This document shows, piece by piece, positions 9,441-20,650 of a DNA stretch of 64,000 nucleotides (within the stretch, counting starts at the first letter, position 1; every line of letters begins with the position of its first letter). Position numbers and translations under genes: made by a program. The stretch comes from a candidate division WOR-3 bacterium (GTDB lineage Bacteria; Hydrothermota; Tepidihabitantia; Tepidihabitantales; Tepidihabitantaceae): assembly GCA_965649295.1 (NCBI GenBank), contig CBFGKH010000006.1, positions 96,001 through 160,000 of the forward strand, given 5' to 3'. The notes beneath the pieces were generated by a model. It searched no databases and was not told where the DNA came from. It was given only the letters and a program-made list of their open reading frames with translations.

Positions 9441-12400
9441 TCAGGTTTGGCTTTGAACCGCTAACCGAAAGACCACCTGCACCGCTGGCCTGCCCCGCCA
9501 GGTAAACGGCGCTGGCACCACTGCTAGCTCGATGCTGGTTCTGTCTTTACGTAGGAATCGTTCTACTGCCGGTTCAACCGGCTTGCCACCAGTGATAATT
9601 CGCTGCATCCGAGCGAGAATCGCTGGTCGGTCTTCTACCGGTATAAAGTCCACGACAGCCTGACCGACCATTTCGTTTGGCCCAGCGTACCCCAGCAATT
9701 GAGCCGCGACGAGATTGGCCAAGACTATCCGGCCGTCCTGGTGGACGACAATTCCCTCTGGTGACAGCTCAACCAGTCGCCGGAACGCCTCCTCCTGCTC
9801 GCGTTCCTGCTGCTCAGCCTGCTTGCAGGCAGTGATGTCTCGGAACACCACCTGGACCGCTGGCCGGCCCCGCCAGACCGTTGGCGCATTGATGACTTCG
9901 ACCGTAACCAGACTGCCATCCTTGCGCACGAAGTTCTCCTCTATCGGCTCACCAGCCTGACCGGTCTTCAAGGCCTGCTGCACACGAGCCGCAACCAGGG
10001 GCCGGCTTGCCGGCGCGACAAAATCCATCACCGACCGGCCAATCGCCTCACTCGGGTCAGCGTAACCAAGTATCCGGGCTGCTGCCTGATTGGCCAGCAC
10101 CACCTTACCGTCCTGATGGACGGCCATACCATCGGGGAGTAGCTCAATGAGCCGCCGAAATTGCTCTTCGCTCTCGCGCAACTGCCGCTCGATTCGCTTC
10201 CGTTCCGAAATGTCCCGGCCAACCCCCAGCACGCCAATAATCCGCTCGCCGTCACGCAGCGGCGCCGCATGCATCTCCAGTTCCACCAGTCGACCATCCT
10301 CAGCTCGATAGGATAGCTCATAAGGCGCAGGTGGCTCGCCGCGCAGGGCAGCGGCAAACTGCTGCTCGGCAACCGTCCGATACTCAGGCAGTACCACATC
10401 AGCATGATACCGGCCAATCCACCACTCTCGTGGCCGTCCGGAGCGACGCACCACTACATCATTGACGGCCGTGATGCGGCCCTGCGTGTCCGCAGTGGTA
10501 ATGCCGTCACGAATGCTGGCAAGCAACGCCCGATACCTTGCCTCGGACTGCTCTAAGGCCCGCAGTATCCGAACGCGTTCGGTCGTATCGCGCAAAGTGA
10601 TAATCAGGGCCTGCCGACCGTGCCAATGGGTCGGCCCAACCGTCACCTCAACCGGCAGTATTGTCCCGTCAGCTCGGCGAATCTCGATGTCATAACGATT
10701 GGGTGCATCTTCGCCAGCCTGGCGCCGACTGGTGTACTCATCAAGCCGGGCTAGTGAACTGGCCGTGACCAGCTCGCTGACCCGCTTCCGCTGTAGCTCC
10801 TCGGTCGTCATGCCAAACAACTCTGCTGCCCGGCGATTGACATAGAGATTCGGACTGTCAGCAGCAAAGTCACCAATAAGAATCGCATCGCCCGAGTTCT
10901 CGGCCAGTGCCCGGAAGTCGGCTTCCTGTTCAGCGAGACGCTGCTGCGCCAGCTTGCTTTCGGTGATGTCTTCAACCGTGCCCTCGTAATAACGGACCCG
11001 GCCCTGCTCGTCTCTTACGACTCGGGCATTCTCGCGCACGTAGATCTTCCGCCCATCGCGACAGACCCAGATCGACTCTAGCCCCCGTACCTCACCATCG
11101 CGCTCAATCACTTCCTTGAACCGCTGCCGCGGATAGCTCGGCTCGTATCCTTCCTTTTCCAAGTCGCGGGCAATGAACTCGGCATACGAAGTGTATCCCA
11201 GCATCTCCATCAACCGCGGATTGGCCATCAGAATCTTGCCGTCCGGCGTTGTCCGGTAAATACCAATCGGCGAATTGTGAAAGAGTTCTCGATAACGCTG
11301 CCGGCTTTCGGCCAGCTCGCGCAGGTCCCGTTTTCGCTCAGTGATATCCTGAATCGAAGCGACGCTCCGGCCCGTTCCCGGAATCATGTCAATGGTCAGC
11401 AGACAGTCTCGCACGTGGCCGTGCCGGTCAACCAGTCGGAACTCGTAATGCCGCGGCGCCGCCGCGGCGTCAATTCGGCGCAACCGGTGATACTCCCGCA
11501 TCCGCGGCAGGTCCTCGGGATGGACAAACTCCGTCCAACTCCGACCGGTCACCTCATCAATCCCATAACCAAAGAGCCGGGTGAACTCCTGATTCACCAG
11601 TGAGATGGTCGTATCTTCTTCGATGATGATTGTGGCCAGGCCGGTAGTCTCGAAAACCGCCCGATACCGCGCCTCCGACTCCCGCAACCGCCGTTCAGCC
11701 TGCTGCCGTTCGCTGATATCGCGAATCGAAGTCAACACCAACCTCTCGCCCTGCTCAGCATCAAAAATCGTCGCCACCAACTCGACGCTGATTGGTGTCC
11801 CGTCCTTGCGGATATTCGTCACCTCAGCCTGAAACCGGCCCTTTGACAATATCGTATTCCGCACCCCTGGCAGCCAGGCTCTAGTCTCCTCTGTGACGAT
11901 ATCCTCAACCCGCAAGGCCAGCAGTTCTGACCGCGTGTAACCGAGCATCCGACAGGCATTCTCATTGGCATCAACAATCCGGCCGTCCAATGTTTCAAGA
12001 AACAGTCCATCGCTCGCTGACTCAAATATGCGGCGATAGCGGCTCTCCGACGCCCGCACTCGTGCCAACGCCTGCTCACGCTCGGTGATGTCGCGGGTGA
12101 TTGACACAATCCGGCGCTGCCCATTGATGACCGACGATACCGCGAGCAGTTCAACAACCAGCTCCCGACCGTCCTTACGCAGCATCTTCAGCCTTCCCGA
12201 AACTGGCTGTCCCCTGGCCAGCCTCTCCATCGCTGCCACCGCCTCAGTCCGACTCTTTGGGGCCACGACATCAATCAGGTTCATCTGCCGGACTTCATCC
12301 GTGGTGTAGCCGTAAAGCTGCTGGCAGGCCGGATTGACTTCGAGCACCCGGCCCTCGGCATCAGCAATCGCGACCGCATCGGAGGTGTTCTCAAACAGCA

Positions 12401-12800
12401 GCCGATAGCGCGCCTCTGACTCACGCACCGCTTCCTCAGCCCGCCAGAACTCGGTCACATCCCGGCAGACAAACACAACCCCAGCCGGCTTGCCCGCAGC
12501 ATCGCGACCAGCAGTGCCGAAGACATACAGCGCTACTCGCTGTCCTGAGCTGCTTTGGCAATCAATGCCAGCAGCAAAATCGCGGCCAGCGAGAATCTTC
12601 TCCAGCTGTGGTCCGTCCGCGGCCCCAAACGGCGGCAGCAATGTCACGAGCTCCTGTCCCAATGCCTGCTCCGCAGTAAAGCCCAACACCTGTGCGGCCA
12701 GGTCATTCCAGAACAGAATCCGGCCTGACCGGTCAACGGCAAAGACGATGTCATCCGACTGAATAGTCGTATCGATTGTGAACGGAAGTTCTGGTCTCAT
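9441..12800 (-). CDS. Multi-PAS (nine PAS/PAC) sensor protein with no recognisable output domain
   Basis: Nine PAS repeats, eight ending in a D(I/V/T)(T/S) motif followed by a coiled linker; stop comes directly after the ninth. Confidence 0.9.
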   Translation of the reverse strand: MRPELPFTIDTTIQSDDIVFAVDRSGRILFWNDLAAQVLGFTAEQALGQELVTLLPPFGAADGPQLEKILAGRDFAAGIDCQSSSGQRVALYVFGTAGRDAAGKPAGVVFVCRDVTEFWRAEEAVRESEARYRLLFENTSDAVAIADAEGRVLEVNPACQQLYGYTTDEVRQMNLIDVVAPKSRTEAVAAMERLARGQPVSGRLKMLRKDGRELVVELLAVSSVINGQRRIVSITRDITEREQALARVRASESRYRRIFESASDGLFLETLDGRIVDANENACRMLGYTRSELLALRVEDIVTEETRAWLPGVRNTILSKGRFQAEVTNIRKDGTPISVELVATIFDAEQGERLVLTSIRDISERQQAERRLRESEARYRAVFETTGLATIIIEEDTTISLVNQEFTRLFGYGIDEVTGRSWTEFVHPEDLPRMREYHRLRRIDAAAAPRHYEFRLVDRHGHVRDCLLTIDMIPGTGRSVASIQDITERKRDLRELAESRQRYRELFHNSPIGIYRTTPDGKILMANPRLMEMLGYTSYAEFIARDLEKEGYEPSYPRQRFKEVIERDGEVRGLESIWVCRDGRKIYVRENARVVRDEQGRVRYYEGTVEDITESKLAQQRLAEQEADFRALAENSGDAILIGDFAADSPNLYVNRRAAELFGMTTEELQRKRVSELVTASSLARLDEYTSRRQAGEDAPNRYDIEIRRADGTILPVEVTVGPTHWHGRQALIITLRDTTERVRILRALEQSEARYRALLASIRDGITTADTQGRITAVNDVVVRRSGRPREWWIGRYHADVVLPEYRTVAEQQFAAALRGEPPAPYELSYRAEDGRLVELEMHAAPLRDGERIIGVLGVGRDISERKRIERQLRESEEQFRRLIELLPDGMAVHQDGKVVLANQAAARILGYADPSEAIGRSVMDFVAPASRPLVAARVQQALKTGQAGEPIEENFVRKDGSLVTVEVINAPTVWRGRPAVQVVFRDITACKQAEQQEREQEEAFRRLVELSPEGIVVHQDGRIVLANLVAAQLLGYAGPNEMVGQAVVDFIPVEDRPAILARMQRIITGGKPVEPAVERFLRKDRTSIELAVVPAPFTWRGRPAVQVVFRLAVQSQT

Positions 12801-13102
12801 CGCCGTTGTCCTAGCATCAGTCAACCGGCTAGTCCGGTGCCCCCTGCTGACGGCTAGGGCCCTGTGGGCAAACCGTCAAGAACCCAAAGCAGGACACAAG
12901 CACTGACCTATGGTAGTCCCCGTGCAACTACTGTCAAGAGCCAATCACCTCCAGCCGTTAGAAAAGTTGAGCCTGCGGCTTGCCGGCCGCAGGCTCTAAT
13001 CCTCTTGTCACCCCGAACCCGCCACCGACCTCTTCCATTGCAATCTATGTGCCTCGAATCGGCATTCGGGCTGACAGCCCTAACATCCTCGGCACCAGTG
13101 CT

Positions 13103-13867
13103 TTACGCGTCAGGCGCTTGGGAGGACCGATGCTCTGCGCCGCGATTTGCAGCAGGTCTCGGCGCAGTATTCAGCAATGGTTCAATAGGCTGAGGCGACT
13201 CTTCCTTGCTTTGCACCACTATATGGAACAGGTCACGAAGGTCTGATATCAGAAAGTCGGGGTGGAGCGAAACCAAAAACCAAGCTGGCCGAAACCCATA
13301 CGTCACTCCGCACGTCGCTGTGCCAGCTGCCTTGCCTGCCTCAATGTCAAGCTCTGAGTCTCCAACCATAATCGCCGACTCTGGTCCAAATCCAAGCCGA
13401 GTCAGTGCCGCAAGCACCGGTTCAGGATGAGGCTTGTGCTGCCGACCTTCCTGCCAGCCATGAACATAGTCAAAGTAGTGGGATAGGCCGCACGCCCGCA
13501 CCGTGAAATCAGCCTGATGCTGATGCTTGGTCGTCACCAGGGCCAATCTTGCTCCTGCCTCCCTCAACGCCGCCAGCGTCTCAGCCACGCCCGAGTACAG
13601 TTTTGTGTGCTCGTTGAAATGCTCGGCGTAGTGAAGCCGGTAGGTTTCGACGAACTTCTCAGTATTCGCCGGGTCCGACGGATAGCCCAGCTCGCGCAGA
13701 ATGACCTCGAGTGGCTTGCCGACCTGCACCAGAATATCTTCGCCCTCTGGTAACTCCCGCTCTGGCGCCACCTGCCGCAGGGCAAAATGGACCGAATTGA
13801 CCAGATCAACCGCCGAGTCAATCAGCGTTCCATCGAGGTCGAAGAGTACCGCCGGATAGCGCAACAC
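13103..13867 (-). CDS. HAD-family phosphatase (phosphoglycolate phosphatase/PpaX-like)
   Basis: FDLDGTLIDS, VTTK, KPHPEP, VGDSELD. Confidence 0.9.
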   Translation of the reverse strand: MLRYPAVLFDLDGTLIDSAVDLVNSVHFALRQVAPERELPEGEDILVQVGKPLEVILRELGYPSDPANTEKFVETYRLHYAEHFNEHTKLYSGVAETLAALREAGARLALVTTKHQHQADFTVRACGLSHYFDYVHGWQEGRQHKPHPEPVLAALTRLGFGPESAIMVGDSELDIEAGKAAGTATCGVTYGFRPAWFLVSLHPDFLISDLRDLFHIVVQSKEESPQPIEPLLNTAPRPAANRGAEHRSSQAPDA

Positions 13868-14415
13868 TGGCTCCGATTCTAGTCCCATTCTGCCACTCTG
13901 TCCAAGGCGGCAGTCCTAGCCGGTAGTGGGTCCCTAACGAGCTCAACAAGCAGCCCTACCTGTTGCTAGCCCCGCTCACTGCGCGACCGTTGCACTCACT
14001 GCTCCGGCTGCCCATCGGCCAATAGCTGCTATCACTTACTGACCAGGAGCCGAGCAAACCGAGCATCATTCAGCTCTCCTCGGAGTCTTCCCAGCAGCCT
14101 GACTGGCAGACCACCCAACTTAGCAAATGGCTGCCTACCCAGCCTCCTTAGCAATAAACCGTGGGACCGTCCCCGGGACGCCCTGGAATAGATTGACGCT
14201 TACTCCTATCTTGTTGGTAGTTATAGAGTTATGCCATTTGCTCTGCTGCCACCATTTGTCCTAACTCTATACTTCGGCTGCTGGGCGATGCCCAAGAACT
14301 ACCATTCCGACGAGCAACTGACTGGCGCTAGCAACGTGCGCCCGCCCGTGGCCAACTGAGGTTTTTACGGACTGTGAGCCGGGTTTTCGGCTGCTGCTTG
14401 AGGACTTTCGAACCC

Positions 14416-15837
14416 CTAGCCGTTCTTCTCGCTTCGGTCCTTGCTCTCAGCTCGGTAATACTTGTCCAGATTCGAGTCGCGGACACGCTTCAGCTCTGAC
14501 CGCGGAAACATCCCCAGTAGCTCCCAACCAAGATCAAGGGTCTGCTCGATGGTCCGGTTCTCTGTCTCGGCCTGGGCAACGTAGCGTTCCTCGAACTCCC
14601 GGGCAAACCGGAGATAGACCTTGTCCATCTCTGAAAGCGCGGCCTCGCCGAGAATCACTTCGAGTTCCTCAGCCTCCTTGCCCCGAGCATAGGCAGCATA
14701 GAGCTGGTTGAACAGATCAGCATGGTCCTCGCGGGTCTTGCCAGCGCCGATACCCTTGTCCTTCAACCGAGAAAGTGACGGCAGGACATCAATCGGCGGC
14801 ACAAGCTTACGTCGGTGTAGGCCGCGCGAGAGGATAATCTGCCCCTCGGTGATGTAGCCGGTCAGGTCCGGAATCGGGTGTGTCTTATCATCCTCAGGCA
14901 TTGTCAGCACCGGCATCATCGTTATCGAGCCAGGCCGACCCTTGATGCGGCCACACCGTTCGTAGATGCTCGAAAGGTCGGTATAAAGATAGCCCGGAAA
15001 GCCGCGGCGACCTGGAATCTCCTTGCGGGCAGCCGATATCTCGCGCAGGGCCTCGCAGTAGTTAGTCATGTCGGTCAGCACGACCAGCACGTGCATCCCT
15101 AGGTCGAAAGCAAGATACTCGGCGGCAGTAAGTGCGGTACGCGGCGTCGCAATCCGTTCAATGGCCGGCTCGTTGGCAAGGTTGAGAAAGAGTACCGTCC
15201 GCTCGATAGCATTCGATTCGGTGAAGTCATTGATAAAGAACTCCGCCTCTTCGAAGGTGATACCCATCGCTCCGAACACCACCGCAAACCGGCTGTCAGA
15301 CTTGTCTGTTCCGTCCGACTTCTGCAGCACCGTCGCCTGTCTGACAATCTGCGCTGCCAACCGGTTATGGGGCAGTCCTGAACCCGAGAAGATGGGCAGT
15401 TTCTGGCCCCGCACCAACGTGTTCAGGCCGTCAATTGCCGATACCCCGGTCTGAATAAACTCGTTCGGATACTCCCGGGCATAAGGATTGATTGGCGCAC
15501 CATTGATATCCGCCCGTTTGGCAGGAATGATTGACGGCCCGCCATCCCGCGGACTACCCAACCCGTCAAACACGCGGCCGAGAATCTCCGGGCTGAGGTC
15601 AACCGTGATGCCCCGCCCCAAAAACCGCACCGTGGTGGTCGGCAGGTCAATACCGGTCGTGCCCTCGAAGACCTGCACCAGTGCTCGGTCACCGTCAACC
15701 AACAGCACCTGACCCCGCCGCCGCTCGCCGTTAGCTAGTGTTATCTGCACTAGCTCCTGAAACTTGACACCTTCGACTCCTTCAACCAACAACAGCGGTC
15801 CGGCAATCGAGACAACAGTCTGGTATTCTCTAATCAC
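14416..15837 (-). CDS. ntpB: V/A-type ATP synthase subunit B
   Basis: [45 protein letters not shown]. Confidence 0.97.
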   Translation of the reverse strand: MIREYQTVVSIAGPLLLVEGVEGVKFQELVQITLANGERRRGQVLLVDGDRALVQVFEGTTGIDLPTTTVRFLGRGITVDLSPEILGRVFDGLGSPRDGGPSIIPAKRADINGAPINPYAREYPNEFIQTGVSAIDGLNTLVRGQKLPIFSGSGLPHNRLAAQIVRQATVLQKSDGTDKSDSRFAVVFGAMGITFEEAEFFINDFTESNAIERTVLFLNLANEPAIERIATPRTALTAAEYLAFDLGMHVLVVLTDMTNYCEALREISAARKEIPGRRGFPGYLYTDLSSIYERCGRIKGRPGSITMMPVLTMPEDDKTHPIPDLTGYITEGQIILSRGLHRRKLVPPIDVLPSLSRLKDKGIGAGKTREDHADLFNQLYAAYARGKEAEELEVILGEAALSEMDKVYLRFAREFEERYVAQAETENRTIEQTLDLGWELLGMFPRSELKRVRDSNLDKYYRAESKDRSEKNG

Positions 15838-17672
15838 GCGCCACCTCCGGTCGCATCCTGCCCGGACGCCTCGGTATCAGGCGTCAGCGCTGCCAGCTCC
15901 TGTTCAAGCTCGGCCCGCACTGCGGCAATACCGGCCGCCATCTCCGCCTCGGTCAGATACTTCATCCGGGCAATCCGTTCCCTTACCGGCAACCGCTCGA
16001 TTGCCGCAATGTCGGCACCGCGCTCTAGGGCCACTTTGCCCTGCCGATAGTAGTGAAGAATGCAGCCGAGCATTGCCGCCTGCTTGGCAAGCGACGTGTA
16101 GGTGTCAACCTCATGGAATGCATTCTGATGCAGAAAGTCCTCGCGGATTGACCGGGCGGCTTCGAGCAACAGCCGGTCCGGAGCCGAAAGAGTATCCTTC
16201 CCCACCAGCCGAACAATCTCCTCCAGCTCAGCCTCCTTCTGCAGAATCGCCAGTGCCTCGGCGGCGTCGGCCGGGAAATCTGGCGTCGTCAGCCGGGCAA
16301 AAACCGAACGCAGCGTCTCCGCATAGAGCGAGTAGGAGTTGAGCCAGGAAATTGCCGGGAAGTGGCGCTGGAACGCGAGTCGGTCTTCGAGCGACCAAAA
16401 GACCTTGACCACCCGCAATGTCGCCTGAACGACCGGATCGTTCAGGTCGCCACCGGGCGGCGAGACCGCGCCGATGACCGAAAGTGCGCCCTCTTGCTCC
16501 TGGTTCTGGGCATCCCGCCCGAGGCAGACGACCCGACCGGCCCGTTCGTAGAACTCAGCCACGCGCGTTGCCAGATACGCCGGATAACCTTCCTCGCCCG
16601 GCATCTCCTCGAGTCGGCCGGAAATCTCCCGCATGGCCTCGGCCCAGCGCGAGGTTGAGTCTGCCTGCAGCGCCACCGAGTAGCCCATGTCCCGAAAATA
16701 CTCGGCCAGCGTGATGCCGGTGTAGATTGACGCCTCACGGGCCGCCACCGGCATATTCGAGGTATTGGCAATCAGAATCGTGCGCTTCATCAGCGGCTCG
16801 CCCGACTTCGGGTCCAGCAGGTGCGGAAACTCCATTAGCACATCGGTCATCTCATTGCCCCGCTCACCGCAGCCCACAAAGATAATAATCTGGGCATCAG
16901 ACCACTTGGCGAGCTGATGCTGAATCACGGTCTTGCCCGAACCGAACGGCCCCGGCACCGCGGCGGTACCACCCTTGGCCAGCGGAAAGAACGCGTCAAT
17001 CACCCGCTGCCCGGTCACCAGTGGCTCGCCCGGCGCCAGCTTGCGGCGATAGGGCCGTGGTCGTCGCACCGGCCAGCGCTGCAGCAGCCTCAGGGTAATC
17101 TCCGACGGATTCGGGTCTTGGTCGGTCGGACTCGGCTTGATGACGGCCACGGTATCCGTTACCCGCAACCGGCCCTTGGCAATTTTGACAATCGTCCCCG
17201 CCCGCCCCGGCGGCACCATGATTCGATGCTCGACCAGCACCGTCTCCTGCACCGTCCCAATGATGTCACCCGGCTCAACCGCATCGCCCACCTGCCGCAG
17301 GGGCACAAACTCCCAGAACCGCTCGCGATCCAGTCCCGCTGCCTCAACGCCGCGGGTGATAAAGTCGCCGGCCTTCTTGACGATGACGTCAAGCGGTCGC
17401 TGCACGCCATCGTAGATTGAGCCAACCAGCCCGGGCCCAAGCTCGACCGACAACGGTTCGAAAGTCGGGTACACCGGCTCGCCCGGTCCAACTCCGCCGG
17501 TCTCCTCGTAAACCTGAATCGAGGCCCGATCACCTTCGAGTTCGATGATCTCGCCGATTAGTCGCTTGTCACTGACCCGAACCAGGTCGTACATCTTTGA
17601 CCCGGCCATCCCATCAGCCACCACCAGCGGCCCGGAAACCTTCACAATCACGCCGTTCTTTGTCTCAGCCAT
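15834..17672 (-). CDS. ntpA: V/A-type ATP synthase subunit A
   Basis: P-loop [26 protein letters not shown]. Confidence 0.97.
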   Translation of the reverse strand: MAETKNGVIVKVSGPLVVADGMAGSKMYDLVRVSDKRLIGEIIELEGDRASIQVYEETGGVGPGEPVYPTFEPLSVELGPGLVGSIYDGVQRPLDVIVKKAGDFITRGVEAAGLDRERFWEFVPLRQVGDAVEPGDIIGTVQETVLVEHRIMVPPGRAGTIVKIAKGRLRVTDTVAVIKPSPTDQDPNPSEITLRLLQRWPVRRPRPYRRKLAPGEPLVTGQRVIDAFFPLAKGGTAAVPGPFGSGKTVIQHQLAKWSDAQIIIFVGCGERGNEMTDVLMEFPHLLDPKSGEPLMKRTILIANTSNMPVAAREASIYTGITLAEYFRDMGYSVALQADSTSRWAEAMREISGRLEEMPGEEGYPAYLATRVAEFYERAGRVVCLGRDAQNQEQEGALSVIGAVSPPGGDLNDPVVQATLRVVKVFWSLEDRLAFQRHFPAISWLNSYSLYAETLRSVFARLTTPDFPADAAEALAILQKEAELEEIVRLVGKDTLSAPDRLLLEAARSIREDFLHQNAFHEVDTYTSLAKQAAMLGCILHYYRQGKVALERGADIAAIERLPVRERIARMKYLTEAEMAAGIAAVRAELEQELAALTPDTEASGQDATGGGA

Positions 17673-17717
17673 CACACCTCCGCCTTCCACGCTTCGGCCC
17701 GCTGCGCTCGACTTCGC

Positions 17718-18071
17718 TCACTTCCCTGCTCCCAGCACATCAACCCCCACTGCCCGCTTGACAATCTCCCGCAACCGTCCAAACCCGGACTCGCCGCCCA
17801 TCGGCAGCATCGTCAGGCATGGCAGTGCTGACTGACGGTAACGTTCAATCAACCCGCCGAGGTACGGCTGCAGGTCAGCAGTGTAGAAAACAACCGCGCT
17901 CCCCGCATCAATCAGCCGTTGCACCTTTGTTACCGCTTCGGGCCCGGGCTCGACCGGCACGACCGTAAACCCGGCCGCAGCAAACGGTGCGACCACCGCC
18001 TCGCGCCCGACAACTGCCACCCCGAGCGCTGGCCCTGGTGAACCGGCTGGCCGCGATTCAGCATTCATCAC
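17718..18071 (-). CDS. ntpF: V/A-type ATP synthase subunit F
   Basis: VAVVG...F..AG N-terminus and IVKRAVGVD C-terminus; position between C and A. Confidence 0.85.
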   Translation of the reverse strand: MMNAESRPAGSPGPALGVAVVGREAVVAPFAAAGFTVVPVEPGPEAVTKVQRLIDAGSAVVFYTADLQPYLGGLIERYRQSALPCLTMLPMGGESGFGRLREIVKRAVGVDVLGAGK

Positions 18072-18077
18072 TGGCCA

Positions 18078-19025
18078 TCACTCCACCCAGGCTACCAACT
18101 CCTGGGCCAATGCTGGGGACAGGTTAGTAAGCTTCGCCCCATACAGTCCGCGCAGGTTGCGCTGCTCATGCTCGCGCAACCAGAAGTAAGTCACCAGTGG
18201 CTCATGGCCGAAAACACAGTAACGCGACCGCCGCAGATAGCCAAGCTCCAGCTCACGGCCCAGTCGCTCCAGCCGCAGCCAGGACCGCTGTTCTTCGAGC
18301 CAGTTGATGCTCTCTTCGAGATAGCGCCGGAACATCGTCCGACCCAGTAGCTGAGGCAGGTTGGCAACCGGCTCGCCGGCCAGTCTCACCAGCAATTCGC
18401 CAGCCAGCGTGCCACCGACAAGCAATGCCGGCTCCAGTTCCCGCGCCCCACCGCCAGCCGCGCGAATCCGAATCAGTGTGCGCAGATTCTCAAGATCGGC
18501 GTGGAGCGCCAGATAACCGGTCAGGAACGGACTCGGCGCGGCAGTGGCGAAAAGAAGTTCATGCAGCCGACGGTCAATAATCAAGTCAACTCGGGCCGGG
18601 TCCTGATTGGCCTGGTAATCCTGCTGGGCTGCAACTGCCGCCGGCCTGAACACCGCCGGCACCGTCGTCCCGGCTGCCGCTCCGGCCCCAGTCAACTGCT
18701 GCTTCAGTAGCGACTTCACCGCCTGCGCCTGCGCCGGCAGCCGGAACAGCTCAACCAACCACTCATCGCGCGCGTGACCGGTCAGAAAAGCCAGATTCTC
18801 CGCTGCGGCCGCGGCCAGCGCCGCCTCGAACTCGACTGCCTCGCCCTCAAGAAAACGACCGTAGTAGGTGTCGCCGAGCAACTGCAGAAACTCGGCCTGG
18901 TCCCGACTGTGAATCAGCCGGTCATAGCGGTTGCGGTCGAGCAGTGTCGGCTCAAGTGCCCGCACCCGGCCGACCGCAAAACCATACTCGACATTCTCAC
19001 TGAAACGCACCGCTGGAATTGGCAT
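18078..19025 (-). CDS. ntpC: V/A-type ATP synthase subunit C
   Basis: YGFAVGRVRALE, DLENLRTLIR, FGHEPLVTY. Confidence 0.85.
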   Translation of the reverse strand: MPIPAVRFSENVEYGFAVGRVRALEPTLLDRNRYDRLIHSRDQAEFLQLLGDTYYGRFLEGEAVEFEAALAAAAAENLAFLTGHARDEWLVELFRLPAQAQAVKSLLKQQLTGAGAAAGTTVPAVFRPAAVAAQQDYQANQDPARVDLIIDRRLHELLFATAAPSPFLTGYLALHADLENLRTLIRIRAAGGGARELEPALLVGGTLAGELLVRLAGEPVANLPQLLGRTMFRRYLEESINWLEEQRSWLRLERLGRELELGYLRRSRYCVFGHEPLVTYFWLREHEQRNLRGLYGAKLTNLSPALAQELVAWVE

Positions 19026-19083
19026 ACTAAGACCCAGATGATAGCCGGCCAGCCCCAACTGTCAAAGACCAAATAAGTGAAGG

Positions 19084-19683
19084 CTACTCAGTTGCGGTCG
19101 GCTGACCGAGCTCCAATAGTCCCTGCAACCGGCCGATATTGGCAAAAAAGGCTTCCTTGTTCTCCGGCGGCACCTGGTCAAAGACCCGCTTCATCCTGGC
19201 AATCCGCTGCCGGAACTCCTTGCCCTGCGGCCCCTGCATTCCTTGAGCCAGGCCCTCACCAACACCAAGCGCCATCTGATAGTTCACCGCCAATACCTTG
19301 TAAGTAGTGGTGCGAAACGATTCCCAGCTCATCCCTGCTGCTGCCAGTGAGTCGAGCACGCCGGGCACCGACTTCATCCCCTCAATTGTGCCGCCCATAT
19401 CAAGAATGAGGTCGGTGGGCTCAGTCTGAACCGGACGGAAGTCGGCTGCCTGCAAGGCGCTCACCACTCGGGGCAAGACCTCGAGATAGGCCGACATCTC
19501 TGCCGCCGTAACCGGCTCAAATGTCGTTGCTGGCCAGCCAGCCGGTAGTTCATAACCCTGATTACGAATCAGCACATAAGCTGTACCCGCAACCGCGACC
19601 AGCAACAGAATAGCAACAGCCAGCCGCTGCCGGTTGTGGCCAGGCCGCTTTTGCACCTTCGCAGTAGCACGGTTTCGCTGCAT
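19084..19683 (-). CDS. Membrane-anchored hypothetical protein
   Basis: Basic N-terminus plus one TM helix; clean ORF. Confidence 0.65.
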   Translation of the reverse strand: MQRNRATAKVQKRPGHNRQRLAVAILLLVAVAGTAYVLIRNQGYELPAGWPATTFEPVTAAEMSAYLEVLPRVVSALQAADFRPVQTEPTDLILDMGGTIEGMKSVPGVLDSLAAAGMSWESFRTTTYKVLAVNYQMALGVGEGLAQGMQGPQGKEFRQRIARMKRVFDQVPPENKEAFFANIGRLQGLLELGQPTATE

Positions 19684-19785
19684 CAGGCTCACATCATAAG
19701 CCGCCGACCCGACGCTGTAAACTGGTAGCAGCGAGGTGGCTTTTGACTCCAGCCCACCCGGCCCTATAGTGACAAGGCCACAAAC

Positions 19786-20475
19786 ATGGCAAGCGCCTCC
19801 CCACCAACCCGACCTCCTCTTTTTTCTAATTGCTCACCGCTCCCATTAGCAACCCTGGCTGCCGTGCTCTTCTTACTCAATCTGTCCTGCACTCGGCCCG
19901 ACTACTTTCCGCTCCGGCCCGGCCGAACCTGGACCCTTGCCGGTCGCACTCTTGCCGTCACCGGTACCGACACAACAATCATCGCCGAACGAACCTACAC
20001 CATCTCGATAATCGGCACCCGCAATGACCGTCAGTTTGGCCGCCTGACCATCGTCAAACTCAGCGGCCAGCCGTTCTACGGAACGACCTGGTACCTGCAG
20101 CCGCGCCGCGACGGACTCTGGCTACTCCTTACCGGTCTTGGCGACGCCACTGCATCATCGGCTGACTGGCTGCGAATCCTTGCCCCACCGCTTCGGCCCG
20201 GCCGCGCCTGGATTGGCAACACCACCAACAATGTCAGCTTCGAAGTCCGCGCGCGCGAGGCGATAAAGACACCCGCTGGTCACTTTCCGCACACCATCTC
20301 AATCCGAGCTCGCCTTCCTGAAACCGGTGAGTTCATCCACTACTGGCTTGCGCCCGGCACCGGCCCTGTCCGCTGGTACCGCCACTTTGCCGCTGGTTAC
20401 ACAGAAATAGCAGAACTTGTGTCAGTGACCGACATCGCGTCAGCATCTCGCGTCCGACTCAACAAAACCCGTTGA
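19786..20475 (+). CDS. Lipoprotein, beta-rich (DUF3108-like)
   Basis: Lipobox NLSC, DYFPL, KTPAGHF, YWLAPGTGPVR. Confidence 0.7.
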   Translation: MASASPPTRPPLFSNCSPLPLATLAAVLFLLNLSCTRPDYFPLRPGRTWTLAGRTLAVTGTDTTIIAERTYTISIIGTRNDRQFGRLTIVKLSGQPFYGTTWYLQPRRDGLWLLLTGLGDATASSADWLRILAPPLRPGRAWIGNTTNNVSFEVRAREAIKTPAGHFPHTISIRARLPETGEFIHYWLAPGTGPVRWYRHFAAGYTEIAELVSVTDIASASRVRLNKTR

Positions 20476-20499
20476 CAAGAATCACAATCTGCGTATTCT
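20472..20499 (+). promoter_or_regulatory. Sigma70-type promoter upstream of the small Lys-rich ORF
   Basis: TTGACA-16-TATTCT. Confidence 0.6.
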
Positions 20500-20650
20500 T
20501 GATGCGCATGGACTGTTCGAGCCCAGCAACGTGGACTGTCCGAAACGAACCACTCACCATCACCAGCAATCAATCTGATTGTCCGCTCTGTCCGACGCTG
20601 GCTGCGGACTGCTCCGCAACCGGCAAAGCCCTAAACAAAGGAGGTCTGTA

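Noticed and set aside
20600..20640. GGCAAAGCCCTAAAC resembling part of a c-di-GMP-I riboswitch
   Set aside because: The GAAA-capped stem and the downstream pairing partners are not present
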